A stretch of DNA of 40,219 bases from contig CAZJVE010000010.1 of assembly GCA_964549685.1 (NCBI GenBank), positions 1-40,219 on the forward strand, written 5' to 3'. The stretch comes from an uncultured archaeon (GTDB lineage Archaea; Altiarchaeota; Altiarchaeia; IMC4; QMZM01). The notes beneath the pieces were generated by a model. It was not told where the DNA came from. It made no database searches and worked only from the letters and a program-made list of their open reading frames with translations. The stretch's first letter is position 1, and the number at the start of each line of letters is the position of its first letter. Below are positions 28,008-36,822 of this stretch, piece by piece. Both the position numbers and the translations under genes were made by a program.

Positions 28008-29333
28008 CTATCTTGCAATGCCGCCCAGCCTGGAGAAGAATTCATTTATCACGGCTGATGTTTCCTTGGGGTTCCTGTTCAGAATCTCGACCCCGAAGCA
28101 GATGCTCTTCTTTCCGGGGCCTATCTGGCTTCCGGTATAGACGTCCTTTATCTCGACCCCGATTATGTCTCTGTCATAGCTCCGGAGGAGCTTTGCGATG
28201 AATCTTCCATTGATGCTGTCGTCGAAGGCAAATGAAAAGTCCCTCTTCACGGTGCCGAATTTCTTGGCCAGGGATTCGACTACCTCATCGTCGGGAAGAA
28301 TCTGGATATTCGATATTTTCAATTTCGATTCCTTTCCTGAATCCTCGATTATGACCTCCTCAGGCGTTACGTCTTTTACTGTGCCGTAGTGAATCTTCCC
28401 CGAGTAGATGTGTTTCAGGCATATCCCGCTGCCGATGGAGTTCTTGAGGCAGTCCAGTTCTGAGATTAGAGAGTATATGGCCTTGTCAGAGCGCCCCATT
28501 GCAGACTCCACATCACCGAAGTGCTTCGCGGCCCGGGACATTGTGGCTATGAACTTCTTCTCGTCCCCGTCCTTTACTGTCTCGTTCAGTTCCTTTGCGG
28601 CCTTGAGGAAGGCATCATGTACTTCCAGAACGCGGGGGTTCTGCATCTGTATCGATGCATATAGCTCGGGGTTCTGGCCGATGATTCTGCCGACTATGTC
28701 CAGCATCAGTTCATAGATTGGCGAGGAGAACTTCCTGGACTCCTTGACATCGAGGTCCAGTTCCTCTAGCGTCTTTCCTATGGAGATGTATGCGAAGTGG
28801 GTGAGGCCCTGAACGACCGCCATTATCCGGTCATGTTCCTCAGGGGTGGATTCGTAGATTCTTGCCTTGTGCCTGCTGAGGAATTCTTTAAACCAAGTGA
28901 GCCATGTCTTGCCTCTAACCGGAGTGAGCACGAAGACCTGCCCTTCTAGTGTTCCGACCCTGTGGCTGAAGACTGGATGTGTTCCAAGAATCTCAACTCC
29001 TTTGTTGCAGAATTCCTTCATTGCCTTGCAGGGCTCCTCCTTTATGGAAGTGACATCCATGAGGAGAGCGCCCTTCTTTACTGTGGGGGCGACCTCCTTG
29101 ATGACATCGAGTGTGTGGTCGATGGGTACGGAAATCATGACTATGTCAGCGCCTTTTGCGGCCTTCTTGTTGTCCTTGACGTATTCGGCTCCCAACTCCT
29201 TGGCCACGTTTTTTCCCTTAATCTCGCTTGGCCCGGAGATTGTTACAGAAAAACCCTCCTCCTTGAACAGTTTTGCGAAGAAAGCGCCCATGCCGCCGTA
29301 GCCACCCATAATTGAAATCTTTTTCTTAGCCAT
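28008..29333 (-). CDS. tyrA: Prephenate dehydrogenase with C-terminal beta-barrel and FDX-ACB-like domains
   Basis: GGYGGMG, DVTSIK, THPVF, EEHDRIMAVVQGLTHF; C-terminal KRDFSF..DVYTG..I.PGKKSICF. Confidence 0.9.
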   Translation of the reverse strand: MAKKKISIMGGYGGMGAFFAKLFKEEGFSVTISGPSEIKGKNVAKELGAEYVKDNKKAAKGADIVMISVPIDHTLDVIKEVAPTVKKGALLMDVTSIKEEPCKAMKEFCNKGVEILGTHPVFSHRVGTLEGQVFVLTPVRGKTWLTWFKEFLSRHKARIYESTPEEHDRIMAVVQGLTHFAYISIGKTLEELDLDVKESRKFSSPIYELMLDIVGRIIGQNPELYASIQMQNPRVLEVHDAFLKAAKELNETVKDGDEKKFIATMSRAAKHFGDVESAMGRSDKAIYSLISELDCLKNSIGSGICLKHIYSGKIHYGTVKDVTPEEVIIEDSGKESKLKISNIQILPDDEVVESLAKKFGTVKRDFSFAFDDSINGRFIAKLLRSYDRDIIGVEIKDVYTGSQIGPGKKSICFGVEILNRNPKETSAVINEFFSRLGGIAR

Positions 29334-29407
29334 GCATTATAAATTAAAAGAATAGATTATTTAAGGCATCGGTAGGCAATTTTATCTTCTTAAACTAAAT
29401 ACATAAG

Positions 29408-30352
29408 ATGGATTTTTCGAGGTTTGATAATCATTTTGGAGAGGTCGACTCGGAGATTGAAAGGCTCCTCAGCGGGGAGCCGGAAAAACTCTACAGGGCC
29501 GCGAGGCATATAACCTTTGCAGGGGGGAAGAGAATAAGGCCATTGCTCTGCATGCTTTCGTGCGAGGCATTAAACTGCGATAAGAAAAATGCAGTAAAAA
29601 CCGGCGCTGCAATAGAGATGATACATACCTTTACTCTCGTTCATGACGACATAATGGACAGGGACCACATCAGGAGGGGCGTTCCCTCCGTTCATGAGGA
29701 ATTCGGCGAAACGACCGCAATTCTGGCTGGAGACTTGCTCTTTTCCAAGGTTTTTGAAGTGAGTGACACCAGAGCGGTGGGAATTCTCGCCCATGCCGCG
29801 GCAGAGATATGCGAGGGGCAGGAAATGGACATGGAATTCGAGGAAAGAGAAGATGTCTCAGAATCCGAGTACCTGAAGATGATAGGGAAGAAGACCGCCG
29901 TGTTACTGGAGGCTGCCACGAAAGCGGGGGCGATTCTTGGCAATGGAGATGAGGGGCAGGTTTCGTCTCTTGCAAAATTCGGGCGTTCTCTCGGGATGGC
30001 CTTCCAGATTCACGACGACATCCTTGGAGTTACAGCAGATGAGGAAAAGCTAGGAAAACCAGTGGGTAGCGACATAGTGGAGGGCAAGAAGAATCTCGTG
30101 ATGATAAAGGCAAAGGAGCTTTTGGCCGGCGATGAGGCAGAGGAATTCACTGGAATTCTCGGCAGTGGTAAGGAGTCGCAAATCCAAAGGGGTATCGAGC
30201 TGATAAAGAATTCCGGCGCTCTGGAATACTGCATGGAGAAGGAGAAGGGCTTTATGGATGATGCAATAAATTCACTGAAGGATTTGCCTGATACAGATGC
30301 AAAGAAAAGCCTTCTTGAGATAGCAGACTTTGTAATAAGGAGGGATTCATAA
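29408..30352 (+). CDS. idsA: Short-chain polyprenyl (GGPP) synthase
   Basis: GGKRIRP, FTLVHDDIMD..RRG, GQEMD, KTA, FQIHDDILG, GKPVGSD. Confidence 0.93.
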   Translation: MDFSRFDNHFGEVDSEIERLLSGEPEKLYRAARHITFAGGKRIRPLLCMLSCEALNCDKKNAVKTGAAIEMIHTFTLVHDDIMDRDHIRRGVPSVHEEFGETTAILAGDLLFSKVFEVSDTRAVGILAHAAAEICEGQEMDMEFEEREDVSESEYLKMIGKKTAVLLEAATKAGAILGNGDEGQVSSLAKFGRSLGMAFQIHDDILGVTADEEKLGKPVGSDIVEGKKNLVMIKAKELLAGDEAEEFTGILGSGKESQIQRGIELIKNSGALEYCMEKEKGFMDDAINSLKDLPDTDAKKSLLEIADFVIRRDS

Positions 30353-31200
30353 TGAAGGCCGTAATTCCAGCAGCAGGACGGGGAACAAGATTCCTGCCCG
30401 CAACAAAGGCGCAGCCCAAGGAGATGCTCCCCTTGATAGACAAACCGGTAATCCAGTTTGTTGTCGAGGAGGCAGTAGCATCGGGAATAGATGATATCCT
30501 GATAATTACTGGAAGGGGGAAGAGGGCCATCGAGGACCACTTCGACAAGTCCTTCGAGTTGGAGAATATCCTAGAAAGGGATGGAAAGACTGACACTCTG
30601 AAGGAGGTGAGGGACATCTCAGATTTGGCTGACATTCATTACATCAGGCAGAGGGAGCCGAAGGGACTCGGTAATGCAATCTACTATGCAAAGAAGCACG
30701 TGGGCGATGAACCCTTTGTGGTTCTTCTTGGAGACGATATCATCTCCTCTGATGTTCCTTGCACGAAACAGCTGATTGAATACTATGAGAAGTACAAGGC
30801 CCCGATAATTGCCGTCAACAAGGTTGAAAAGGAGACGATAGAGAGCTACGGCGTTGTTGACGGGGAGCTCGTGGAGGACCGGGTCTATAAAGTCAAGGAC
30901 CTCGTGGAAAAGCCGAAGCCGGAGGATGCGCCCTCGAATCTTGGCATAACAGGGAGATATCTTCTTACTCCAGACATCTTCGACGCCATAGATAAGACGA
31001 AACCGGGGAAGGGAGGCGAAATCCAGCTTACTGATGCATTAAAAATCCTCAGCCAGGAGAGGGATATGTATGCATACGACTTTGAGGGCGTGAGGTATGA
31101 CCTCGGCAACAAGGCTGACTACATAAAGGCCACCATAGAATACGCCCTCAGGAGAGACGAGTTCAATGGCTGGCTGAAAGAATATCTGAAGGGCCTGTGA
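30352..31200 (+). CDS. galU: UTP--glucose-1-phosphate uridylyltransferase
   Basis: AVIPAAG.GTRFLPATKAQPKEMLP, EDHFD, LVEKP, GEIQLTDA. Confidence 0.95.
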   Translation: MKAVIPAAGRGTRFLPATKAQPKEMLPLIDKPVIQFVVEEAVASGIDDILIITGRGKRAIEDHFDKSFELENILERDGKTDTLKEVRDISDLADIHYIRQREPKGLGNAIYYAKKHVGDEPFVVLLGDDIISSDVPCTKQLIEYYEKYKAPIIAVNKVEKETIESYGVVDGELVEDRVYKVKDLVEKPKPEDAPSNLGITGRYLLTPDIFDAIDKTKPGKGGEIQLTDALKILSQERDMYAYDFEGVRYDLGNKADYIKATIEYALRRDEFNGWLKEYLKGL

Positions 31201-31222
31201 CTGGTAGTTGAAGAGCCCGTGA

Positions 31223-31921
31223 TTAGTAGTGCTCCTGCGGTTTGTTGAGAAATCCAAGAATATCAGGTACTTCTTTGATTATATCATAAATCTGCTTGAA
31301 TTCGTTCAAACCAAAGCTGTCGAGCTCTCTGGGTGCCAGTTTTCTGAGTTCGGGAAGGTTTTCGTAGTTCTTATTTCCTATGAACCTGCCGTCGGTAAGC
31401 TCGAAGTAAGCCCCGCCTTTCTTCTCGATAATCGGGCCGTAGTTTGATTCAAACTCCGTGCTAACGAAGTTCGCCATCCTCAGCTCCTGGCTGGATGGGT
31501 TTATCGCTATGTGGCAGTAGTTCGGCGGTATTACAACCTTGTCGCCCTTCTCCGCCCTTACTATGATGACCTCGTCTTCCTTCTGGAGGAGGTAGTGGGC
31601 CTCGCCTTCCAGTACCTCATAGAGCTCAGGATAGGGGAGCGAATTCGCAGGGACCGGGGGATGGCAATGGCCCTTGGTCTTTACGAACTCTTTACCGAGA
31701 TTCATCGGGGGGATTATAGTTATGTCGTATCTGATTTTCTCCTTCTTCATGGCTTCCCTGTCCTCGTCGCTGAGGGCAAGGTCCCGGTACATGTAGTAGA
31801 GCTCGAATTCCCCGGGACTCTGAACGGAATCTAACCATTCCCTGTCATAGATGACATCAAGCATGTCGCTGAGCCTCCTGATGTTGGGTTTAAGAGCATG
31901 GCCTCCAAAGCTGAATTCCAT
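31223..31921 (-). CDS. pgiA: Cupin-type (archaeal) glucose-6-phosphate isomerase family
   Basis: LYYMYRD, RYDIT.I, E.VKTKGH.H, YPELYEV..G, IPPNY.H..IN, G.AY. Confidence 0.85.
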   Translation of the reverse strand: MEFSFGGHALKPNIRRLSDMLDVIYDREWLDSVQSPGEFELYYMYRDLALSDEDREAMKKEKIRYDITIIPPMNLGKEFVKTKGHCHPPVPANSLPYPELYEVLEGEAHYLLQKEDEVIIVRAEKGDKVVIPPNYCHIAINPSSQELRMANFVSTEFESNYGPIIEKKGGAYFELTDGRFIGNKNYENLPELRKLAPRELDSFGLNEFKQIYDIIKEVPDILGFLNKPQEHY

Positions 31922-31982
31922 ATTGATTAAGAATAGGAACTAGAGCATAAAGAATTTATACCAGAAGCCCACAGTTATAATT

Positions 31983-32267
31983 ATGAAAGGCGAGGATGTT
32001 TTCATATTTATGGCCTCATCGGCTGGCATATGGGTCATGCTGGAGTTCCTCACCTTCGTTAGTTATGGGGGTCTCTTTCTGATGACTGAGGTAACATTGC
32101 CCATATCCATTGGCGCCTCAGTACAGATAACCATGCTCTGGCTGGCCCAGCACATGCCAAGCAAGGACGAGAACCTCAAGCTGAGGAGGGACCTTAGAAT
32201 GGTGAAGCTCAACATCCTGAACGCGAATTACAGCAGGTTCAACCCTTATCCGCACTTCTTTTCATGA
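31983..32267 (+). CDS. Hypothetical small membrane protein
   Basis: TTTATA box at 31955-31960, two hydrophobic segments, host-like codons. Confidence 0.55.
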   Translation: MKGEDVFIFMASSAGIWVMLEFLTFVSYGGLFLMTEVTLPISIGASVQITMLWLAQHMPSKDENLKLRRDLRMVKLNILNANYSRFNPYPHFFS

Positions 32268-32853
32268 TTCCAGTCAAGGTCTCCTCTTCGATGTCCAGGT
32301 CGAATTCCTTCTTCATTTCAGACCTCAGTTCCCCGGCACTCATCTCCGGGTTTTTCTTGAGAATTCTTCCTGCCAGATTCGAAAGGTCCTCGTTCAGGTT
32401 CCATGGGAGGATAATCCATTTCCACTCCTGTCTGTCCTCGGCATAGAAATCAGGAGTGAATTCAGATTGTGATTTATGGAGAAGGGTCGCAGTCTTAATC
32501 TCGGCGGGTTTTAATTCCTTGAGATGATTGATGGATACTTTGATGCTATCTCCTGTGTCTGTGAGGTCGTCGACGAGGAGGACTCTCTTGTCCTCTATGC
32601 TACCATGAAGCGGAACCTTCAACTCCGACCTCCCGGACTTTGTTGCTGTTATGCCCCAGTGCTCCACCTTGAGGGCAATGAGGTCCTTTATTCCCAAGAG
32701 GTCGGAAAGATTCATGGCAGGGACCAGGCCGCCCCTTATTATCGCGATTATGATGTCTGGTTTGAAACCGGATTTCTTCATCTTTTCCGCAACGATTTCC
32801 GAGAGCTCCCTTGCATAATCCCATGATATGAGCTCGCACTTGAATTCCTCCAT
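32239..32853 (-). CDS. Purine phosphoribosyltransferase (hypoxanthine/xanthine-guanine type)
   Basis: SW.., PD.IIAI.RGGLVPA..LSD, PRPP loop VLLVDDLTDTG, WIILPW. Confidence 0.88.
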   Translation of the reverse strand: MEEFKCELISWDYARELSEIVAEKMKKSGFKPDIIIAIIRGGLVPAMNLSDLLGIKDLIALKVEHWGITATKSGRSELKVPLHGSIEDKRVLLVDDLTDTGDSIKVSINHLKELKPAEIKTATLLHKSQSEFTPDFYAEDRQEWKWIILPWNLNEDLSNLAGRILKKNPEMSAGELRSEMKKEFDLDIEEETLTGIMKRSADKG

Positions 32854-32885
32854 GATTAATATTTGTATTTCAATAGTTTAATGAA

Positions 32886-33584
32886 ATGGCCATCGGCATA
32901 ATCGGCGGTACATCCCTATTCGGCACGGAATTCTTCAAGGGCTTCAAGGAGGGGTGGGTTGAAACGGAGCACGGCAAGGCCTACCTCCTGACAAGTGACG
33001 GGGCAGTCTTTATACCCAGGCACGGCAAGGACAAAAAGATTCCCCCGCACAGGATAAACCACAGAGCGAACATCAAAGCCCTGGAGATGAGAGGCATCAG
33101 GAAGGTGCTCGGGATAAATTCAGTCGGCAGCCTTAAGAAGGAGTTGAAGCCGGGCTCGCTTGTGGTTCCTGACGACTATATCGCTCTCTGCAATATCCCG
33201 ACCTTCCACGACGAGGAGATTGTGCACATCACCCCGGCCCTGGATGAAGGGCTGAGGCAGGAGATAACAAAGGTTGCAAAAGAGATGAGCATCAAGATAA
33301 TACCCGAGGGAATCTATTTCCAGTCAGCGGGGCCAAGGCTTGAGACCAAAGCAGAGGTCAGGTTCATGGCTAACTTTGCAGACCTTGTAGGTATGAGCCT
33401 CGCCTCTGAAGCAACGCTTGCTCAGGAGCTGGGGATTGCCTATGCGAGCATCTGCTCGGTCGATAACTATGCCAATGGCATTGTTGATGGGGAGCTGGAC
33501 TTCGAAAAGGTAGTTGAAGAGGCGTCCAAGAACAGGGTGGATTTGAAGAGATTGCTGCTAAGGTTAATTGAAGAGCTGAAATGA
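32886..33584 (+). CDS. MTAP-family nucleoside phosphorylase, probably 6-oxopurine / methylthioinosine-specific
   Basis: IGIIGGT, PRHG....PPH.IN.RANI, GPRLETKAE, VGMS; DNYA in place of the MTA-specific TDYD. Confidence 0.85.
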   Translation: MAIGIIGGTSLFGTEFFKGFKEGWVETEHGKAYLLTSDGAVFIPRHGKDKKIPPHRINHRANIKALEMRGIRKVLGINSVGSLKKELKPGSLVVPDDYIALCNIPTFHDEEIVHITPALDEGLRQEITKVAKEMSIKIIPEGIYFQSAGPRLETKAEVRFMANFADLVGMSLASEATLAQELGIAYASICSVDNYANGIVDGELDFEKVVEEASKNRVDLKRLLLRLIEELK

Positions 33585-35032
33585 AAGAGAGAATTATATT
33601 TATTGGAATTCTAATGCTTTCCGTTTCTGCCAGCGGATATTCGCACTTTGCGTTCATGCCCGCTGAGGGAGCATACGAGGAGTCTGCGGCCATTGGAGTC
33701 TACTGGAGCAGGCCGCACCCCGGACCCTTCATATGGGGCTATGTTGAGACAAGCGAGGGAGTCTATAATTGGACTGTGACTGATGAATACGTCATGGAGT
33801 CCCAGAGCTACGGCTTTGACCTTCTAGTCACCATCTGGCCCTTTGCCGATTGGGACCAGCAGAGCTGCCATTCCTACAGCGAATGCCAGGGGGAGGGCTT
33901 CGAGCCCAATCCACAGGAAGACGACCCGGGCATTCCGATGTGGAGGTGCATGCCCTGCAATCTAACAGCGTATGAGAATTTCGTAAAGGCCATGGTGGAG
34001 AGGTATGACTACGACGGCGTGAACGACATGGAGAACCTGAGCAGGAGGATAGAGTTCTGGGAGGCCTCGAACGAGCCATCCATGCAGGGGGAGGGGCTGA
34101 TATTCTTCACAGGTACTTCGCAGGACTATCTCGACCTGCTGAATTCCACCTACCGGGCGGTTAAGGAATCTGATATCAATGCCTCTGTCCTGCACGCCGG
34201 GATGGCTGGTTTGTCGACTTATGATATGGATGTCAGGGACTTCTGGGACCCCATCTACAGCAGGGCCTCGGAGTTCTTTGACGTTGCAAATATTCATTCC
34301 ATAGGCACCGGAGGGGAGCACCTCTGGATTCCTGAGATGTGGGAATTCATGCAGGACCATGGCGTAAATAAAACCCTTTGGGTTACTGAAGTACAATACA
34401 GCAGCGAGGGTATCGGGAGAGAAGAGGGCAGCGTCACGGACGACGAATGGGCCCAGGCCATCGTCAGGAGCTTTGTCTATGCCCTGGGCAACGGGGCCAA
34501 CCGGCTCTTCTATGTCGCTCTCCAGGGCAATCCCGGAGAGGATGGTCCGGAGCTGATGGAGAAGGATAAGACCAAGAAGCCGGCCTATAATGCATTCGGA
34601 ACGATGGTGGAGCAGATTGACTACTTCGAAAGCGCCGTTAAGTTTGATAACGGCACCTACAGGTTCATGGTCGGGGGCAGTCAGGTAGCTGCTCTCTGGG
34701 GCTCTGGGGGAATTCCCGCCAGCCTGAATCTGACAGGGAACGTGACCGTTACAGGTATCAACGGAAGCGAACAGATCATGGATGCCTCGGTGGTCTCCCT
34801 TACAGACAGCCCTGTCTTCGTAAGTCAGGGGGCGGTTACCACAACCACGACAACAAGCAGCACGACAACGAGTAGCACAACGACTATCACAGGGGAATGC
34901 GAGCTTATGGGGGACAGCCAGCCGTGCGGGGACGTAACCCTGGCAGAGGTAGTCGACCTCATAGGTCTCTGGGGAAATGAACAGGCATCTCTGGACGATG
35001 TGATTGACCTTATCACGGCATGGGCCTCTTGA
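33581..35032 (+). CDS. Secreted clan GH-A glycoside hydrolase-like protein with Thr linker and C-terminal dockerin-like module
   Basis: Signal peptide; W..VE...G.YNW..D; acid/base WEASNEP; nucleophile WVTE; KPAY; TTTTTTSSTTT; ECELMGDSQPCGDVTLAEVVD. Confidence 0.85.
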   Translation: MKERIIFIGILMLSVSASGYSHFAFMPAEGAYEESAAIGVYWSRPHPGPFIWGYVETSEGVYNWTVTDEYVMESQSYGFDLLVTIWPFADWDQQSCHSYSECQGEGFEPNPQEDDPGIPMWRCMPCNLTAYENFVKAMVERYDYDGVNDMENLSRRIEFWEASNEPSMQGEGLIFFTGTSQDYLDLLNSTYRAVKESDINASVLHAGMAGLSTYDMDVRDFWDPIYSRASEFFDVANIHSIGTGGEHLWIPEMWEFMQDHGVNKTLWVTEVQYSSEGIGREEGSVTDDEWAQAIVRSFVYALGNGANRLFYVALQGNPGEDGPELMEKDKTKKPAYNAFGTMVEQIDYFESAVKFDNGTYRFMVGGSQVAALWGSGGIPASLNLTGNVTVTGINGSEQIMDASVVSLTDSPVFVSQGAVTTTTTTSSTTTSSTTTITGECELMGDSQPCGDVTLAEVVDLIGLWGNEQASLDDVIDLITAWAS

Positions 35033-35068
35033 TGAGTTTTACCGAATCTTTCCAATAATAGAATTAAG

Positions 35069-36319
35069 ATGAGCATTCTAATCAAAGACGTACTGCTGGA
35101 CGGGAAGGAGACCTCCATCTACATCAAGGGGAATTCCATCGCTGAGATTGGAGGGAATTCACAGGCCGACGAAACCATCGATGGAAAGGGGATGGCCGCC
35201 CTGCCCGGGCTGATTAATACGCATTCTCATGCAGCCATGACCCTGTTCAGGGGTTATGGAGACGATATGAAGCTCCAGCAATGGCTCGAGGAGAAGATAT
35301 GGCCGATTGAAGGCAAGCTTACCGAGGATGATGTCTACCAGGGAGCGAGACTGGCTTGTTTGGAGATGATTAAGTCAGGAACAACCTGCTTTAACGACAT
35401 GTACTGGCATCTTCCAGGGACTGTTAAGGCCGTTGAGGAGATGGGAATCAGGGCGGTGCTGAGTCCGGTTTTCATAGACCTCTTTGATGATAAGAAGAGG
35501 GAGGATGCGATAAAGGAGCATACGAAGCTTCTGATGGATGTCAAGAAGACGGACTCGGAGAGAATACTTCCTGCGCTGGGCCCTCATGCCCTCTACACGG
35601 TATCAAAGGAGGGCCTTCAATGGTGCAGGGAATTCGCCGAGAAGGAGGACATGCTGATTCACTTCCATCTGGCTGAGACAGAACAGGAGAACAAGAACTG
35701 CGTTGAGAATAACGGGAAGAGACCGGTCGAGTATCTGGAAGACACTGGCTTCCTCTGCGACAGGGTTGTTGCTGCCCACTGTAACTGGCTTAATGAAAAG
35801 GATATGGAGATTCTTGCCAAGCATGGTGTGAAGATAGCCCACAATCCTACCTCAAATATGAAACTGGCAACAGGAGTGATGCCCTACCCGGAGATGGTCA
35901 AAGCGGGGCTTACCGTTTCTCTGGGAACCGATGGCTGCGCCTCAAACAACAGCCTGGACATGTTCGGGGAGATGAAATTTGCTGCTCTGTTGCAGAAATC
36001 CGCGAGGAACGACCCGACTGCGATGCCTGCAGGGGAGGCGTGGGAGATGGCGACGATTAGCGGGGCAAGAGCGCTCGGGCTGAACGCAGGGGTTATCACG
36101 GAGGGGATGCTTGCCGATATAATACTAGTAAATTTAAAAGGTGTGGAATTTACTCCGAATCATAATCTAATCTCGAATCTCGTCTATTCAGCCAATGGTT
36201 CCTGCGTTGACACAGTAATCTGCAACGGGAGCATTCTGATGCAAGGGAGGAAGGTCAAAGGCGAGGACGAGATAATCCAGAAGGCGAGCGAGGTTGCGAT
36301 GAATCTCACGCAGATGTAG
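35069..36319 (+). CDS. mtaD: 5'-methylthioadenosine / SAH / 5'-deoxyadenosine deaminase (amidohydrolase)
   Basis: PGLINTHSHAAMTLFRG, GTTCFNDMY, H.HLAET, HNPTSNMKLA, GTDGCASNNSLD. Confidence 0.9.
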   Translation: MSILIKDVLLDGKETSIYIKGNSIAEIGGNSQADETIDGKGMAALPGLINTHSHAAMTLFRGYGDDMKLQQWLEEKIWPIEGKLTEDDVYQGARLACLEMIKSGTTCFNDMYWHLPGTVKAVEEMGIRAVLSPVFIDLFDDKKREDAIKEHTKLLMDVKKTDSERILPALGPHALYTVSKEGLQWCREFAEKEDMLIHFHLAETEQENKNCVENNGKRPVEYLEDTGFLCDRVVAAHCNWLNEKDMEILAKHGVKIAHNPTSNMKLATGVMPYPEMVKAGLTVSLGTDGCASNNSLDMFGEMKFAALLQKSARNDPTAMPAGEAWEMATISGARALGLNAGVITEGMLADIILVNLKGVEFTPNHNLISNLVYSANGSCVDTVICNGSILMQGRKVKGEDEIIQKASEVAMNLTQM

Positions 36320-36322
36320 ATA

Positions 36323-36329
36323 TTTATAT
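36323..36329 (+). promoter_or_regulatory. Putative TATA box for a leaderless transcript
   Basis: TTTATAT about 23 nt upstream of ATG 36352. Confidence 0.5.
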
Positions 36330-36351
36330 CTGCTCGGACTAATCCTTAACA

Positions 36352-36822
36352 ATGAAACCGCTGAAGAGCATCCTGTCAAGAGTGAGGTGGAATGTCGTCC
36401 TGGGAATCATAGCAGCGATTCTGATTGTTGCGCTGTTTGCAGTCGTGCTGGTAACAATGAAGCCGCTGGATTCCGGCCTGAAGTGCAAGAAAGACATATG
36501 CATCAGCTCCAGAGCCGACCCGGGCACCATCAACCTAAGAGATGAGAGTACCATCTGGGTCGAGGTCAAGAACAGCGGTCCCGATGAGCTGAGGATTGAT
36601 GTAAATCTCGAGACCTACGACCCGAAACTGACATTCATAAGCAACAGCAACCAGACGGTCTATAAGGAGATTAGAATCGGGCCGGGTGAGAGCAGGAAGC
36701 TCGATTTCCCAGCAAGAATCAACGCCATGTACGGGGGCGACTACAGAATAGATGTGACGGTCTCCTATTCTTATGGCCAAATAGAGGACAAGGTGACTCT
36801 GAACGTGAGGGATCAGATTTAG
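36352..36822 (+). CDS. Membrane-anchored Ig-like (CARDB-like) hypothetical protein
   Basis: N-terminal TM; P..I.....STI.VEVKN.G..IGPGESR..F..GDYRI.V. Confidence 0.7.
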   Translation: MKPLKSILSRVRWNVVLGIIAAILIVALFAVVLVTMKPLDSGLKCKKDICISSRADPGTINLRDESTIWVEVKNSGPDELRIDVNLETYDPKLTFISNSNQTVYKEIRIGPGESRKLDFPARINAMYGGDYRIDVTVSYSYGQIEDKVTLNVRDQI

